Source of the DNA: a virus
Lineage: Duplodnaviria; Caudoviricetes
Direction: 5' to 3' (one strand)
Virus record (IMG/VR): IMGVR_UViG_3300002026_000017
Location: 1 to 64,000 of that record
Length of the DNA stretch: 64,000 nt
Below are positions 39,276 to 48,681 of the stretch, piece by piece. A program made the translations under genes and the position numbers. Positions within the stretch are counted from its first letter, which is position 1; each line of letters starts with the position of its first letter. The notes under the pieces were generated by a model. That model worked only from the letters and a program-made list of their open reading frames with translations, made no database searches and was not told the DNA's origin.

Positions 39276-40576
39276 TAGAATTTTATTTTTTTTACGTTAA
39301 TTAAAAAGTTTTGAACATCTTTGTCTGTTATTGTTTTTTCCTCAGATATATATTTTAATACAGATTTAACTAAAATCATATTTAACATTTTATTCCAATC
39401 CGGTTCAGGTAATCCTGGAACTTTATTTATATCTATATCATCTGGAACACCAACAACACCATCTTTACCATAATAAAAACACATTTTTTGTCCCTCAAAA
39501 GGCAATGTATAATTATTTTGTAAATTATTTTTTTCTAAAAAATTATACCAAAACAAAGCTATTTTATGTTGAATATGATTTTTTGTACTTACATATATAC
39601 CATCTGAGTTTTTAGAAATATTTTTTAATCCACTAACCGAAGTATTTTTGTAAATAAAATCTTTTTCAGCTCTTTCTTTAATATATTTTATCAGTTTTAA
39701 AATTTCTATTCTTATTTGGTCTTCAGTGTAATCTTCAATCATAAATTTATCAACTAGGATTTTTATGATTTTTTTGATACGTTTATTTAATTCACCTTTT
39801 TTAAGTTCAACACCAACAACTTTCATTGATGGTTCCTTTAAAAGTTTTCCATCTTTCCAAATAACTGATAAAACATATTTTTTCTTAGCTTGAAATACAC
39901 ATTTTCTTGTTGTAACTTCATGGGCCATTTTTAAAAAACCCTTAGTTGCGTTACGATATTCAATATCTTTATCAAGAGTATTTTTTATTATATTATTTAT
40001 GAAATTATCCATTAAAAATATACAAAAATTTGCTAATTCTTCATTTCCTGAAACAGAATTTTCGGGTATTTTTAATGATTCATTTTCATTTACCATTAAA
40101 AATGAATATATTTTTTCAATATCTATATATCTTGAATCCGTATCCCCATAACAACATAGGTCATTTATTGTATCTCTTTTATATTCAGTAAATTTTTTTA
40201 ATGAATTAACTTGGGGATAAAATTGTTGAATTATTTTTAAATCATTTTCTTCCCAATATTTGAAAAATTCATTTATCGCAATATCAACAATAACACAAGA
40301 ATGTTTACCTGATGTTGTTATATCTTCAGCACAATCAAAATCTCCAAGACTAAAATAAATACTTCCAGAAGTACCATATAAAGAGTTAGCATCTTTTTTA
40401 ACTATTAACTCCAAATTTTTATAAACTTGTTGTGTTTCTTTTGCTTTATTTAAAAGATTTTTTAATTCTTCTTTTGAAAGAGAATTTAAGTATTCATCAT
40501 TTTCCGTTAATTTTTTTAAATCAAAAAATTGTTGTGAAAATAAATCAGTATTTTTTAATTGAGTATTTGTTTCCAT
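39275..40576 (-). CDS. gp43: DNA polymerase family B, C-terminal part (palm and thumb)
   Basis: KKDANSLYG (motif B), YGDTDS (motif C), KKKY and KVVGVE. Confidence 0.9.
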   Translation of the reverse strand: METNTQLKNTDLFSQQFFDLKKLTENDEYLNSLSKEELKNLLNKAKETQQVYKNLELIVKKDANSLYGTSGSIYFSLGDFDCAEDITTSGKHSCVIVDIAINEFFKYWEENDLKIIQQFYPQVNSLKKFTEYKRDTINDLCCYGDTDSRYIDIEKIYSFLMVNENESLKIPENSVSGNEELANFCIFLMDNFINNIIKNTLDKDIEYRNATKGFLKMAHEVTTRKCVFQAKKKYVLSVIWKDGKLLKEPSMKVVGVELKKGELNKRIKKIIKILVDKFMIEDYTEDQIRIEILKLIKYIKERAEKDFIYKNTSVSGLKNISKNSDGIYVSTKNHIQHKIALFWYNFLEKNNLQNNYTLPFEGQKMCFYYGKDGVVGVPDDIDINKVPGLPEPDWNKMLNMILVKSVLKYISEEKTITDKDVQNFLINVKKIKF

Positions 40577-40587
40577 TCAAAAAATTA

Positions 40588-41538
40588 TTAATCTAAATCA
40601 TCTATATATTGGGATAATTGTAATGAATCAATTGTGTCTTCATCAAAATTATCTTCAGTATTTTGATGATTTTCACCAACTTTTGTTGACATACACCAAA
40701 TAATACTTTTACCATAAGTACTGCCAAAAATAACTTTTTGTGTTTGATTATTTGTAAAAATACTAAATGTATGGTCACCAATTAAACTAAAATCGGATTT
40801 CAATATATTGAAAGATATATTTTCATCAATAGTATGTTTATTTTCATTATCAAATTCTAATGAAAATACTTTGTCTTTGATAATTATTTTATCTTTTGAA
40901 ATTTCAAAAGATAAAAAAGCTGTATTATCAACAGTTGATTTATGTAATTTTTTTACTAGACTTCTTGTTTCTGTAATTTGTTTATTATTTAAAACAAATT
41001 CAAACATTTCTTTATCTGGAGTACATTCTTTAAGAATTTCCTGATAATCTGAAATTTTATTTGTAATTAATTCCTCTGTTGTTAATAGAAATTCTGTTTC
41101 TAACGGAGCTCCTGATTCAGATTTACCATTAATTATTATTGATGATGCTTGTAATTTATTTTCAACAGTAACTAAATTAAATGTTAAGTCTACAGATGAA
41201 GTTATTGAAAATACACTCATATAATTTTTAAATAAATCACCCCTAAGTATATAAAAATTAAAATCAGGAATTTTTGGAATTTCTAATTTTATTTCTGTTG
41301 TTAAAGAACTAATATCATTAATATCAATATCATTTTGTTCCTTATTTTGTTGTAATATTAAATTTTCTGTTGGTATTGTCCATAATTTTATTAAACTTTT
41401 TGTTTGTGAAAAAGAACAACTTTTAAGCATATTATTATTAAATTCTAGCATTAATTGTGGAGTAACTCTTAGTGCTTGATTTAATAAATTACCAAATAAT
41501 GATAAATTAAAATTTTTAATTTGGATTGAATTATTCAT
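40588..41538 (-). CDS. Probable DNA polymerase sliding clamp (gp45-like)
   Basis: 316 aa, alternating alpha/beta pattern, acidic tail, lies between polymerase halves. Confidence 0.45.
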   Translation of the reverse strand: MNNSIQIKNFNLSLFGNLLNQALRVTPQLMLEFNNNMLKSCSFSQTKSLIKLWTIPTENLILQQNKEQNDIDINDISSLTTEIKLEIPKIPDFNFYILRGDLFKNYMSVFSITSSVDLTFNLVTVENKLQASSIIINGKSESGAPLETEFLLTTEELITNKISDYQEILKECTPDKEMFEFVLNNKQITETRSLVKKLHKSTVDNTAFLSFEISKDKIIIKDKVFSLEFDNENKHTIDENISFNILKSDFSLIGDHTFSIFTNNQTQKVIFGSTYGKSIIWCMSTKVGENHQNTEDNFDEDTIDSLQLSQYIDDLD

Positions 41539-41583
41539 AAAATATTATTTGAATTATTGGGATTATTAAAAATATTTGAAATA

Positions 41584-41621
41584 AGGAATTTTGGATATAA
41601 ATATTTATATCCAAAATTCCT
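41584..41621. promoter_or_regulatory. Perfect 38-bp palindrome carrying GGATATAAAT on both strands
   Basis: AGGAATTTTGGATATAAAT|ATTTATATCCAAAATTCCT. Confidence 0.6.
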
Positions 41622-41640
41622 AAAAATTTATAAGTCGAAA

Positions 41641-42120
41641 TTATTTTTCAAATTTTTCGATTAATAATTTCATTATTTTATAATGATTTGCATTAACTAA
41701 TGAATCTGATGCTTTAAATTCCAAATAAAATTCTTTTAAATTTTCTTCAGTAAATTCACCTTTTAAATGTCTACCACAACTTAAATAATTGAAATAATTT
41801 TCAGATTTCAATAATCTTGAAAGTTCATCACTTTCAACTAATTCTTCTGTTTCTTCTGTTTCTGGAGTTTCTACTGATTCTTCTGTTTCTGGTGTTTCTA
41901 CTGATTCTTCTGTTTCTGGAGTTTCTACTGTTTCTGGAGTTTCTTCAACAACTGGAGTTTCTTCAACAACTGGAGTTTCTTCAACAACTGGAGTTTCTGA
42001 TTCCATTTTAAATGTTTCATCAACAATTTCAGACATTTTATCAAATGTTTGTTCTGTTGTTTTTTCTATTGTTGTTGGGTTTCCTGTGTGTTGTTGGGTT
42101 TCAATTTTTTTCTTTGCCAT
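41641..42120 (-). CDS. Hypothetical protein with acidic E/T/P tandem repeats
   Basis: ETPVVE x3 (18 bp, 41934-41987) and ETPETEESV-type 27-bp repeats. Confidence 0.7.
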   Translation of the reverse strand: MAKKKIETQQHTGNPTTIEKTTEQTFDKMSEIVDETFKMESETPVVEETPVVEETPVVEETPETVETPETEESVETPETEESVETPETEETEELVESDELSRLLKSENYFNYLSCGRHLKGEFTEENLKEFYLEFKASDSLVNANHYKIMKLLIEKFEK

Positions 42121-42161
42121 GATAATATAATTTATTTGTTATTGATTTTTATTGATTTTTA

Positions 42162-42641
42162 TTAATATCCATTTTTTTGACGATTCCTATTTTCTTCATT
42201 TTTTGCAAAATAATAATTAAATAGTTCTTCTGTTGTCATTCCAACAGCGTGCATTTCATTGAATAAAAAATGTAAATGGTCAATAAGTTCCATTTTTAAT
42301 TCAATTTTATCTGAATCAGACATTTCATTAAATGTCATATTTTCAGCTTGTTTATGTGTTGATTTCCAAGGCTTCCAAATACCTGAACCAATACCATCTT
42401 TAACACCACCAAGAGCCTCCATAGCTTCTCGCATTTCATCTTGAATAGCATGATAATTCCAATCAAAAAATTCACGCATTTTTGATAATGGACCTAACCG
42501 CATACTTCTGAAATTATAACCGTATACATTTTCTTGTATATCTTTTTGTAATTCAAAAAGGTCCTTTAAAGTATTTTTTGATTCCGAATATAAATCTTTT
42601 ATTTCAAGATTTGAACAAACAGCTTGATTATTATTTGACAT
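42162..42641 (-). CDS. Dimeric dUTPase / MazG-like dNTP pyrophosphatase
   Basis: LFELQK, AIQDEMREA, WKPWK and ELIDHLHF motifs. Confidence 0.8.
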   Translation of the reverse strand: MSNNNQAVCSNLEIKDLYSESKNTLKDLFELQKDIQENVYGYNFRSMRLGPLSKMREFFDWNYHAIQDEMREAMEALGGVKDGIGSGIWKPWKSTHKQAENMTFNEMSDSDKIELKMELIDHLHFLFNEMHAVGMTTEELFNYYFAKNEENRNRQKNGY

Positions 42642-42652
42642 ATTATTTAATT

Positions 42653-44170
42653 TTATTTTTCTTGGATTAATTTTTCTAATTTTGGTATAATATTAAGGTA
42701 TATTTCTTCAGCATGACCTTTAAATATTTTTCTTTGTGCCAGTAATTTTTTTTCAACTCTAATAAAAACACCATCAGTCCTATTATCATATATTTGTCCT
42801 CTTGGTGTTAAAGTAAAATTTTGAGATTTATATTCTTGCCATTTTTTTTCTTCTTTTTCATTAATAGGTCTACCTAATTCCTTATCCATTATAAGGAAAT
42901 CAATTTTTCTTTCAGGTGAAATACCATTTGTAATCATTGAATTTGGATATAATCCAGAAAAATCAACACCAAGACCTAAATTAATAATTTTTTTAGTTGG
43001 TGATTTTACATAACCACCTTGATAAGGTCTTTTTGTTGTTTCATTAAATTCAGCTTCCAAAAAGAAAATATTTTCATTTCTTAATTCATTATATATTAAA
43101 GCTTCAGATATTGAATTTTGTGAAATTTTCATAAATGGAACTCCGTTAAAATAACTTTCAAAAAAATCAACATTATATAAATTAGTTGTTTTGTGAATTA
43201 ACATAACTAAAATAGTATCAATTAAAGCATAAGCAACAAATTTATTTGGATTTTCTCTATATAATGAACGTAAATTTCCATCATACATTATTTTATTTAA
43301 TCCAAGAATTAAATTAGCTATATTTGTAAGTGCATAAGAATCCAAACTATTATAGATTAATGAATCTTTAAATAATTGCATATAATCGATAATAATTCTA
43401 TGTGCTGGAAAATCTACAGTTATTTCACTTTCATCTCTTAATGTAAATTTTTTCTTAATAACTTTATGTATTGGAGATGCTTTTTTAATATCAATACCTA
43501 AATTCTTACATCTATTAAATATATAAACCCAATCAAATGTTGTAAAATTCCATCCTATTTGTGAATGTAAATATTTATCAACACATTCAAGAAAAACATT
43601 TAACATTTCAATTTCAGATTCAAATGTCCTAATTTTAAAATCATAAGAATATTTATCCTTATGTTCACCAAGACTTGAAAGTACCATATTTTTAATACTT
43701 TCTAAGTCATTATCTGTTATTTCAGTTTTTCTATTCGGATTTTTTAATTCAAATAAAATAGAGTTTAAATTAATATCTGTAAATGATATTGATAATATTT
43801 TATTTTCAGCTTTTTCAGGAGTTGAATACCCATATTCATCTGTTATATCTGTTTCAATATCAACTGAAAATGGATTTGGCATTAATAATTTAGATGTTTT
43901 TTCATAAATTAATGGTTGTTCATTTTTTAATTCATTATTAAAAAATTCATTAACATTATGATTACTAAAATATTTAGATGTTTCTCGCTTAATAAAACTA
44001 TTATTTTTAAATGAACGTAAATTTGGAATTATATCCTTATCAAAACTTTCAGCTTTAACATATTTATAATATCCAAATTTTAATGGTGATGTTATTATTT
44101 CTATTTGATTTTTTTCATTTACAAATGAAATATCAATAGATTCTTTATTTTGAGTATAATCAATAATCAT
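42653..44170 (-). CDS. gp43: DNA polymerase family B, N-terminal part (3'-5' exonuclease and motif A)
   Basis: VDIET (Exo I), GWNFTTFDW (Exo II), YALID (Exo III), YQGGYV..DFSGLYPNSM..GISPE. Confidence 0.9.
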   Translation of the reverse strand: MIIDYTQNKESIDISFVNEKNQIEIITSPLKFGYYKYVKAESFDKDIIPNLRSFKNNSFIKRETSKYFSNHNVNEFFNNELKNEQPLIYEKTSKLLMPNPFSVDIETDITDEYGYSTPEKAENKILSISFTDINLNSILFELKNPNRKTEITDNDLESIKNMVLSSLGEHKDKYSYDFKIRTFESEIEMLNVFLECVDKYLHSQIGWNFTTFDWVYIFNRCKNLGIDIKKASPIHKVIKKKFTLRDESEITVDFPAHRIIIDYMQLFKDSLIYNSLDSYALTNIANLILGLNKIMYDGNLRSLYRENPNKFVAYALIDTILVMLIHKTTNLYNVDFFESYFNGVPFMKISQNSISEALIYNELRNENIFFLEAEFNETTKRPYQGGYVKSPTKKIINLGLGVDFSGLYPNSMITNGISPERKIDFLIMDKELGRPINEKEEKKWQEYKSQNFTLTPRGQIYDNRTDGVFIRVEKKLLAQRKIFKGHAEEIYLNIIPKLEKLIQEK

Positions 44171-44197
44171 ATTTGATTTGATTTATTATTTACGTTT

Positions 44198-44374
44198 TTA
44201 TTTTCCTTGTTGATTTCGTAATCTTTCAATTTCTTTATTTTGAGCATCCATAGCTTTTTTGTATGAAATATCATCTTGTGTGTGTCCTTTTAAATCTTCA
44301 TTCAAAGGAACAATTTTTTCCTCCATTTTTTCTTCCATTTTTTCTTCCATTTTTTCGGATTTTGAATTTACCAT
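44198..44374 (-). CDS. Small 58-aa protein (not in ORF track)
   Basis: MVNSKSEKMEEKMEEKMEEKIVPLNEDLKG...; fills the gap, has MEEK repeats and a PLNE|D motif. Confidence 0.6.
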   Translation of the reverse strand: MVNSKSEKMEEKMEEKMEEKIVPLNEDLKGHTQDDISYKKAMDAQNKEIERLRNQQGK

Positions 44375-44378
44375 GTTT

Positions 44379-45212
44379 TTAAAATTTTGATGTTATTAAT
44401 AAATTTCCTGTTATATTAAATTCAGATAATATATTTATTTCGTTATTATCTACTATTTTTACTTTTAAATCGAAAATTTCATTTATTTCAGTAGTTATAT
44501 TATTTATCCAAATTAATGCACTAATATAGGTTGAATTTAGATTATGTGTTATTATGTTATTACCCAAACTTAAAGCATGTCCTTGAAAAAAAATAAAATT
44601 TTCAGATAATTTATATAAATTATTCATTAATGATAAATATAAAATACCATTTATTGAATAATATCTATTATTTTCTAATGTTGATGGGAAATCATTTAAT
44701 GATATTATTACATCTGATTTAGTTAAATCAGCTTTAAAAATATAATTATTTAATCCCATTAAAATTAATTTATTTTCTTTTCTTAATTCTAATGGTATTG
44801 AATTTAATTCAACATCATCAATAACATTATAATTTCCTGAAAAATATTCCCAATTAATACCGTTAAAAATAAATGTAACATTTAATGGATAAACTGTAAC
44901 TAAATTACCTAATGTTGGATTGGTAGTATTTAATAAATTAATTAAATTTCCATAATCAGCGGATATATTAAATATACCATAAATTTGTCCATTTGTTAAA
45001 AATGTTTGAAAATCAATTGGATTATTCAAATCATTTAAAAATAAATATAATTTATTTATATCTGTAATATGAAATATTAATCCAGAATATCTATTATTAA
45101 TAGGTAGTTCATCATTTATATTTGCTAATGATGAAATTTTTAATCTTGGGTCTAATGGATTTTGTGAATTTCTTGATAATCCATAAAATAAATATTTTGT
45201 TTGATTTTCCAT
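44379..45212 (-). CDS. Probable tail fibre-associated structural protein
   Basis: C-terminal ITHNLN beta module; clustered with fibre-like genes. Confidence 0.5.
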   Translation of the reverse strand: MENQTKYLFYGLSRNSQNPLDPRLKISSLANINDELPINNRYSGLIFHITDINKLYLFLNDLNNPIDFQTFLTNGQIYGIFNISADYGNLINLLNTTNPTLGNLVTVYPLNVTFIFNGINWEYFSGNYNVIDDVELNSIPLELRKENKLILMGLNNYIFKADLTKSDVIISLNDFPSTLENNRYYSINGILYLSLMNNLYKLSENFIFFQGHALSLGNNIITHNLNSTYISALIWINNITTEINEIFDLKVKIVDNNEINILSEFNITGNLLITSKF

Positions 45213-45213
45213 T

Positions 45214-46221
45214 TTAATTACGAATTTTAGTAAATTTTAATTCACATAATTTTGATATATTATAATATCCCAAATCCACAACAACAAAATTATAAAGAAT
45301 ATTATCAATAGTTATTGCATTATCTAAAAGTAATGAAGTGTTATTTTTTAATATTTCCCATGAAATTTCATGTTTTGTCCCACTAATAATACATTCAAAA
45401 TCACTTGTTTTTTCATATATTGTTGATGGTATCAGGAAAATGTATTTACTGTTATTATTTAGATATAAAGTATCTCCCTTAATAAATTGATAATTTCCTA
45501 TATTATCAAAAATATCCAAATAATTTTCATTTGTTAATTCATATCTTAAAATTGGATTTGTAATTTCAAATTTATTTTGTAAATATTTTAAAACATTAAA
45601 ATCTAAATCATAATCTAATTGGAAATCTGGAGTAATAAAGTTATTACCATAATTATCTTGTTTTATAACACTTGCTTGTTGAAATTTCTTTCTCAATATA
45701 ATACCTGTTATATTAGGCAGTAATTCAAATGAAACATCAAATTCTCCTGAAACATCTGATGTACTATTTCCATCAAAAGAAACGGAAGAACCATCTAAAT
45801 ATTGAACAATTATACTTGGAACAATACCGGAAATTCTATCACTTGTATTTATTTCATAACTTATAAATAATTCAATATTATTATTATAATATGTTATTGC
45901 TTTATTTCCAGAATAATTTAATAAATTTGATATTTCAACATTTATATTTTTAAATGTAGGATTTATATATGTTGGGTTTTTAACAGGATAAAATAAATCA
46001 TCGAAAATGTCTTTAAATGATTTATTAAATAAATTTGGTAACCAGGGAAAGGAACTAGATATTGGAAATTGTGATGCTTTTGGAGTATCAAATTTTGTTG
46101 AAATATCAACATATTCTTTATTGGAAATATGTTTATTATCTACTGGTGTTTCCACTTTTGCAGATAAAATTTTGTTATTTCTAAAATCTAATGATTTATA
46201 AATTTTTTCTGGTATTTCCAT
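45214..46221 (-). CDS. Probable tail fibre-associated structural protein
   Basis: N-terminal NKI..VETP.....SNKEYVD motif seen in fibre proteins. Confidence 0.5.
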   Translation of the reverse strand: MEIPEKIYKSLDFRNNKILSAKVETPVDNKHISNKEYVDISTKFDTPKASQFPISSSFPWLPNLFNKSFKDIFDDLFYPVKNPTYINPTFKNINVEISNLLNYSGNKAITYYNNNIELFISYEINTSDRISGIVPSIIVQYLDGSSVSFDGNSTSDVSGEFDVSFELLPNITGIILRKKFQQASVIKQDNYGNNFITPDFQLDYDLDFNVLKYLQNKFEITNPILRYELTNENYLDIFDNIGNYQFIKGDTLYLNNNSKYIFLIPSTIYEKTSDFECIISGTKHEISWEILKNNTSLLLDNAITIDNILYNFVVVDLGYYNISKLCELKFTKIRN

Positions 46222-46235
46222 AATTATATTAAAAA

Positions 46236-46907
46236 TTATTTTATGTTAACAACCCCTGTTAGTTGAATTGGTAATCCATTTTCTTCAAAAGAAATTTCAT
46301 ATGCCATTCCATTATTATTTGGTAAATCATCTCTTCTTTTTATATATCCTTCAATGATTTCTGAATTTTCTATTTTAATTAATCCATCAATATCTAAAAT
46401 ATAATTATTTTCTAAATCGAAAACAAAAGTACATTTTAATATTTGAAAAATTGGATTTTTAATATCTGTAAAAAAAACAAAATTCGATACATTATTAAAA
46501 ATATATCTTGATGTTATTTGTTCTCCTGTAATTAATAACCAATAAAGTGGATTATCTATAGGGTTAAAATTTAATGGAACATTTTGCAATGCTTTATAAA
46601 TTTTACCTCCTAAATAAACTGTATCATCTTTAAACCATGTTTCTGTTGATTTATATTGTTCTAATACAAGTTTGTTTGTTTGTTTTTTCCAATGTGAAAT
46701 TTGTGTTCCATCACCATCTGTAAGAAAATAATTGGATTCTTCATTTCTTACCCAAATCATTTTATGTTCATAATTATAATTTAATGTTGTTAAATCGATA
46801 AGATTTTCAACAATTGAATTTTTAATTAATGGACCATTAAATACAACCTCTAATTGAGCTATTTGTATTTGTGTTTTTAAAAATAATGTTTCTTGAGGTG
46901 TTGCCAT
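46236..46907 (-). CDS. Structural protein with CBM5/12-like module
   Basis: WFKDDTVYLGGKIYKAL..P..NPLYW. Confidence 0.5.
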   Translation of the reverse strand: MATPQETLFLKTQIQIAQLEVVFNGPLIKNSIVENLIDLTTLNYNYEHKMIWVRNEESNYFLTDGDGTQISHWKKQTNKLVLEQYKSTETWFKDDTVYLGGKIYKALQNVPLNFNPIDNPLYWLLITGEQITSRYIFNNVSNFVFFTDIKNPIFQILKCTFVFDLENNYILDIDGLIKIENSEIIEGYIKRRDDLPNNNGMAYEISFEENGLPIQLTGVVNIK

Positions 46908-46922
46908 TTTATATTTATTTAA

Positions 46923-46956
46923 TAAAATCCGGTAATTATTTAATTACCGGATTTTA
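46923..46956 (-). terminator. Hairpin terminator
   Basis: TAAAATCCGGTAATTA-TT-TAATTACCGGATTTTA. Confidence 0.75.
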
Positions 46957-46979
46957 ATTTATTTATCAAATTTCAAATA

Positions 46980-48482
46980 TTAAAGCATAGCTAAAATATC
47001 GTCTACAGTTTTAGAAGAAGCAATTGCTGATGCAATATCTGCTGTTTCTTCGTCAACATTTCCGAAAACATCAACAGGAGGTAAATCAGCAAATTCATCA
47101 AAATCTTCAACAACACCAACAGCTTGTGGTATTTGTTGTTTTTGTATTGCTTGTTGAACAGCTAATTGTAATGAAGTACCAGTTGCTAATTGTTGAACAA
47201 CAGCTTGTTGAACTTGCATTTTTTGTTGTGGTGTTACAGGTAATTGAGCAATAGCTGATTTTAAACTATCTTGTAAAGATAATCCTTTCAAACGATTTTC
47301 TTCAATTTTAGCATTAACTGATTTAAGAAGTGTTGCTTTTGATTTAACAAAACCTGGGTTTAATTCTCCGTGAATAGCAATTTTTGCTTTTAACAATTTA
47401 ATTTGTTCAATATTTGCTCGGATTTTGAAATTAATATTTCCACGTGTTTTTGCATTTGGAGCAGCTTCAGCTAAACTTAAAAGTTCTTCATTTTTCTTAG
47501 TAATTTCAGCAATTTTCAATTTGAATTGTTTTGCTCTTGCATCCAATACAGCAGTACCAGTTGTTAAATTACCATTAACAATAATATTTTTAACTTTTTC
47601 AGAAGCTTCAGGACTAACCATTGTTAACGCTCTATACATACCTTTAATATCATTTGTTGCTCTTGCATCAAATGCTAATTTAAAATATTTTCTATCAGAA
47701 CGTGATAAACCATTAATATATGCTTTTATTGTTTTATCATATGAATTAATAGATTTCAATACTGTTGATTGTCTTGCATTTTCATTAACACCAAATTCAC
47801 CTTTAATAGCATTAAATTCTTGTAATTCAGCTTCTGTTTTTCTTGCTGCAAAACCTAATTTTTTCTGGTCTTCCTTAATAGAAGCTAATTTAGCTTTTGT
47901 TTTTGCAGCTAATAAAGCCTTAACTTTTGCTGGATTTTTTCTTGCAACAATTTTCTTGTTAACAACAGCTTTTGTTTCAGATTTAGCTGCATCTCTTGGA
48001 GCAATAATAGAATCACCATACATTAAAGTTAAATAAACTCCAGGAAATTTATAAGCTTTTTTAACATATGTATCGAAAGGAACAACCTCTGATTTTAGAT
48101 TTGCAATATCAGCTTCTGTATTACCTGTAGCTGAATCAGCTTGTATAATAATTACGGAAATATTATCTGTATTTGTGAATGATGATGAATCTTCTTTTGA
48201 AAGACCACTCATAAACAATTCAACATCAGCTGCCGCATTATCTGTAAATTCTCCAAAAGTTTTATATGCTGTAATTTTAAAGTTTGGAGCTTTTTTCAAA
48301 CCTTTACCACCTTTTTTAGCATTTACAGTACTAAAATTAAATGTTGATAATTTACCTAAAACGTCTGGTCTTCCTTCAATCATTTTCATGATTGAACCAT
48401 TGATTCCATGTCCTGATAGACATACTTTTGTGTTTTCAGCTAATTGCTGTGTACACTGAACGACATATTCTTTTCTTGTCAT
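46980..48482 (-). CDS. Ala/Lys-rich, probably abundant protein of unknown function
   Basis: Start refined to ATG 48482; capsid-like codon bias; own intergenic leader and terminator. Confidence 0.75.
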   Translation of the reverse strand: MTRKEYVVQCTQQLAENTKVCLSGHGINGSIMKMIEGRPDVLGKLSTFNFSTVNAKKGGKGLKKAPNFKITAYKTFGEFTDNAAADVELFMSGLSKEDSSSFTNTDNISVIIIQADSATGNTEADIANLKSEVVPFDTYVKKAYKFPGVYLTLMYGDSIIAPRDAAKSETKAVVNKKIVARKNPAKVKALLAAKTKAKLASIKEDQKKLGFAARKTEAELQEFNAIKGEFGVNENARQSTVLKSINSYDKTIKAYINGLSRSDRKYFKLAFDARATNDIKGMYRALTMVSPEASEKVKNIIVNGNLTTGTAVLDARAKQFKLKIAEITKKNEELLSLAEAAPNAKTRGNINFKIRANIEQIKLLKAKIAIHGELNPGFVKSKATLLKSVNAKIEENRLKGLSLQDSLKSAIAQLPVTPQQKMQVQQAVVQQLATGTSLQLAVQQAIQKQQIPQAVGVVEDFDEFADLPPVDVFGNVDEETADIASAIASSKTVDDILAML

Positions 48483-48681
48483 TTTAATTAATTTTTTAAT
48501 TGTACAATTATTTTTTGGGAACACCCCGATTTAAAATATCTTTTCACATTTTACAATGCTCGAAATTTGTTATCTTTAAAATACTCGCGATTATTTTTAA
48601 AATAATTAAGCAAATTTCCGTACGATATTTTATTGTTTGAAATTATATATTATTAATAATAATTCCATATAATTTGATTAT

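Noticed and set aside
40577-42652. Intron or intein explaining the split polymerase
   Set aside because: The gap holds three ordinary co-directional genes; no group I core or intein terminal motifs recognised.
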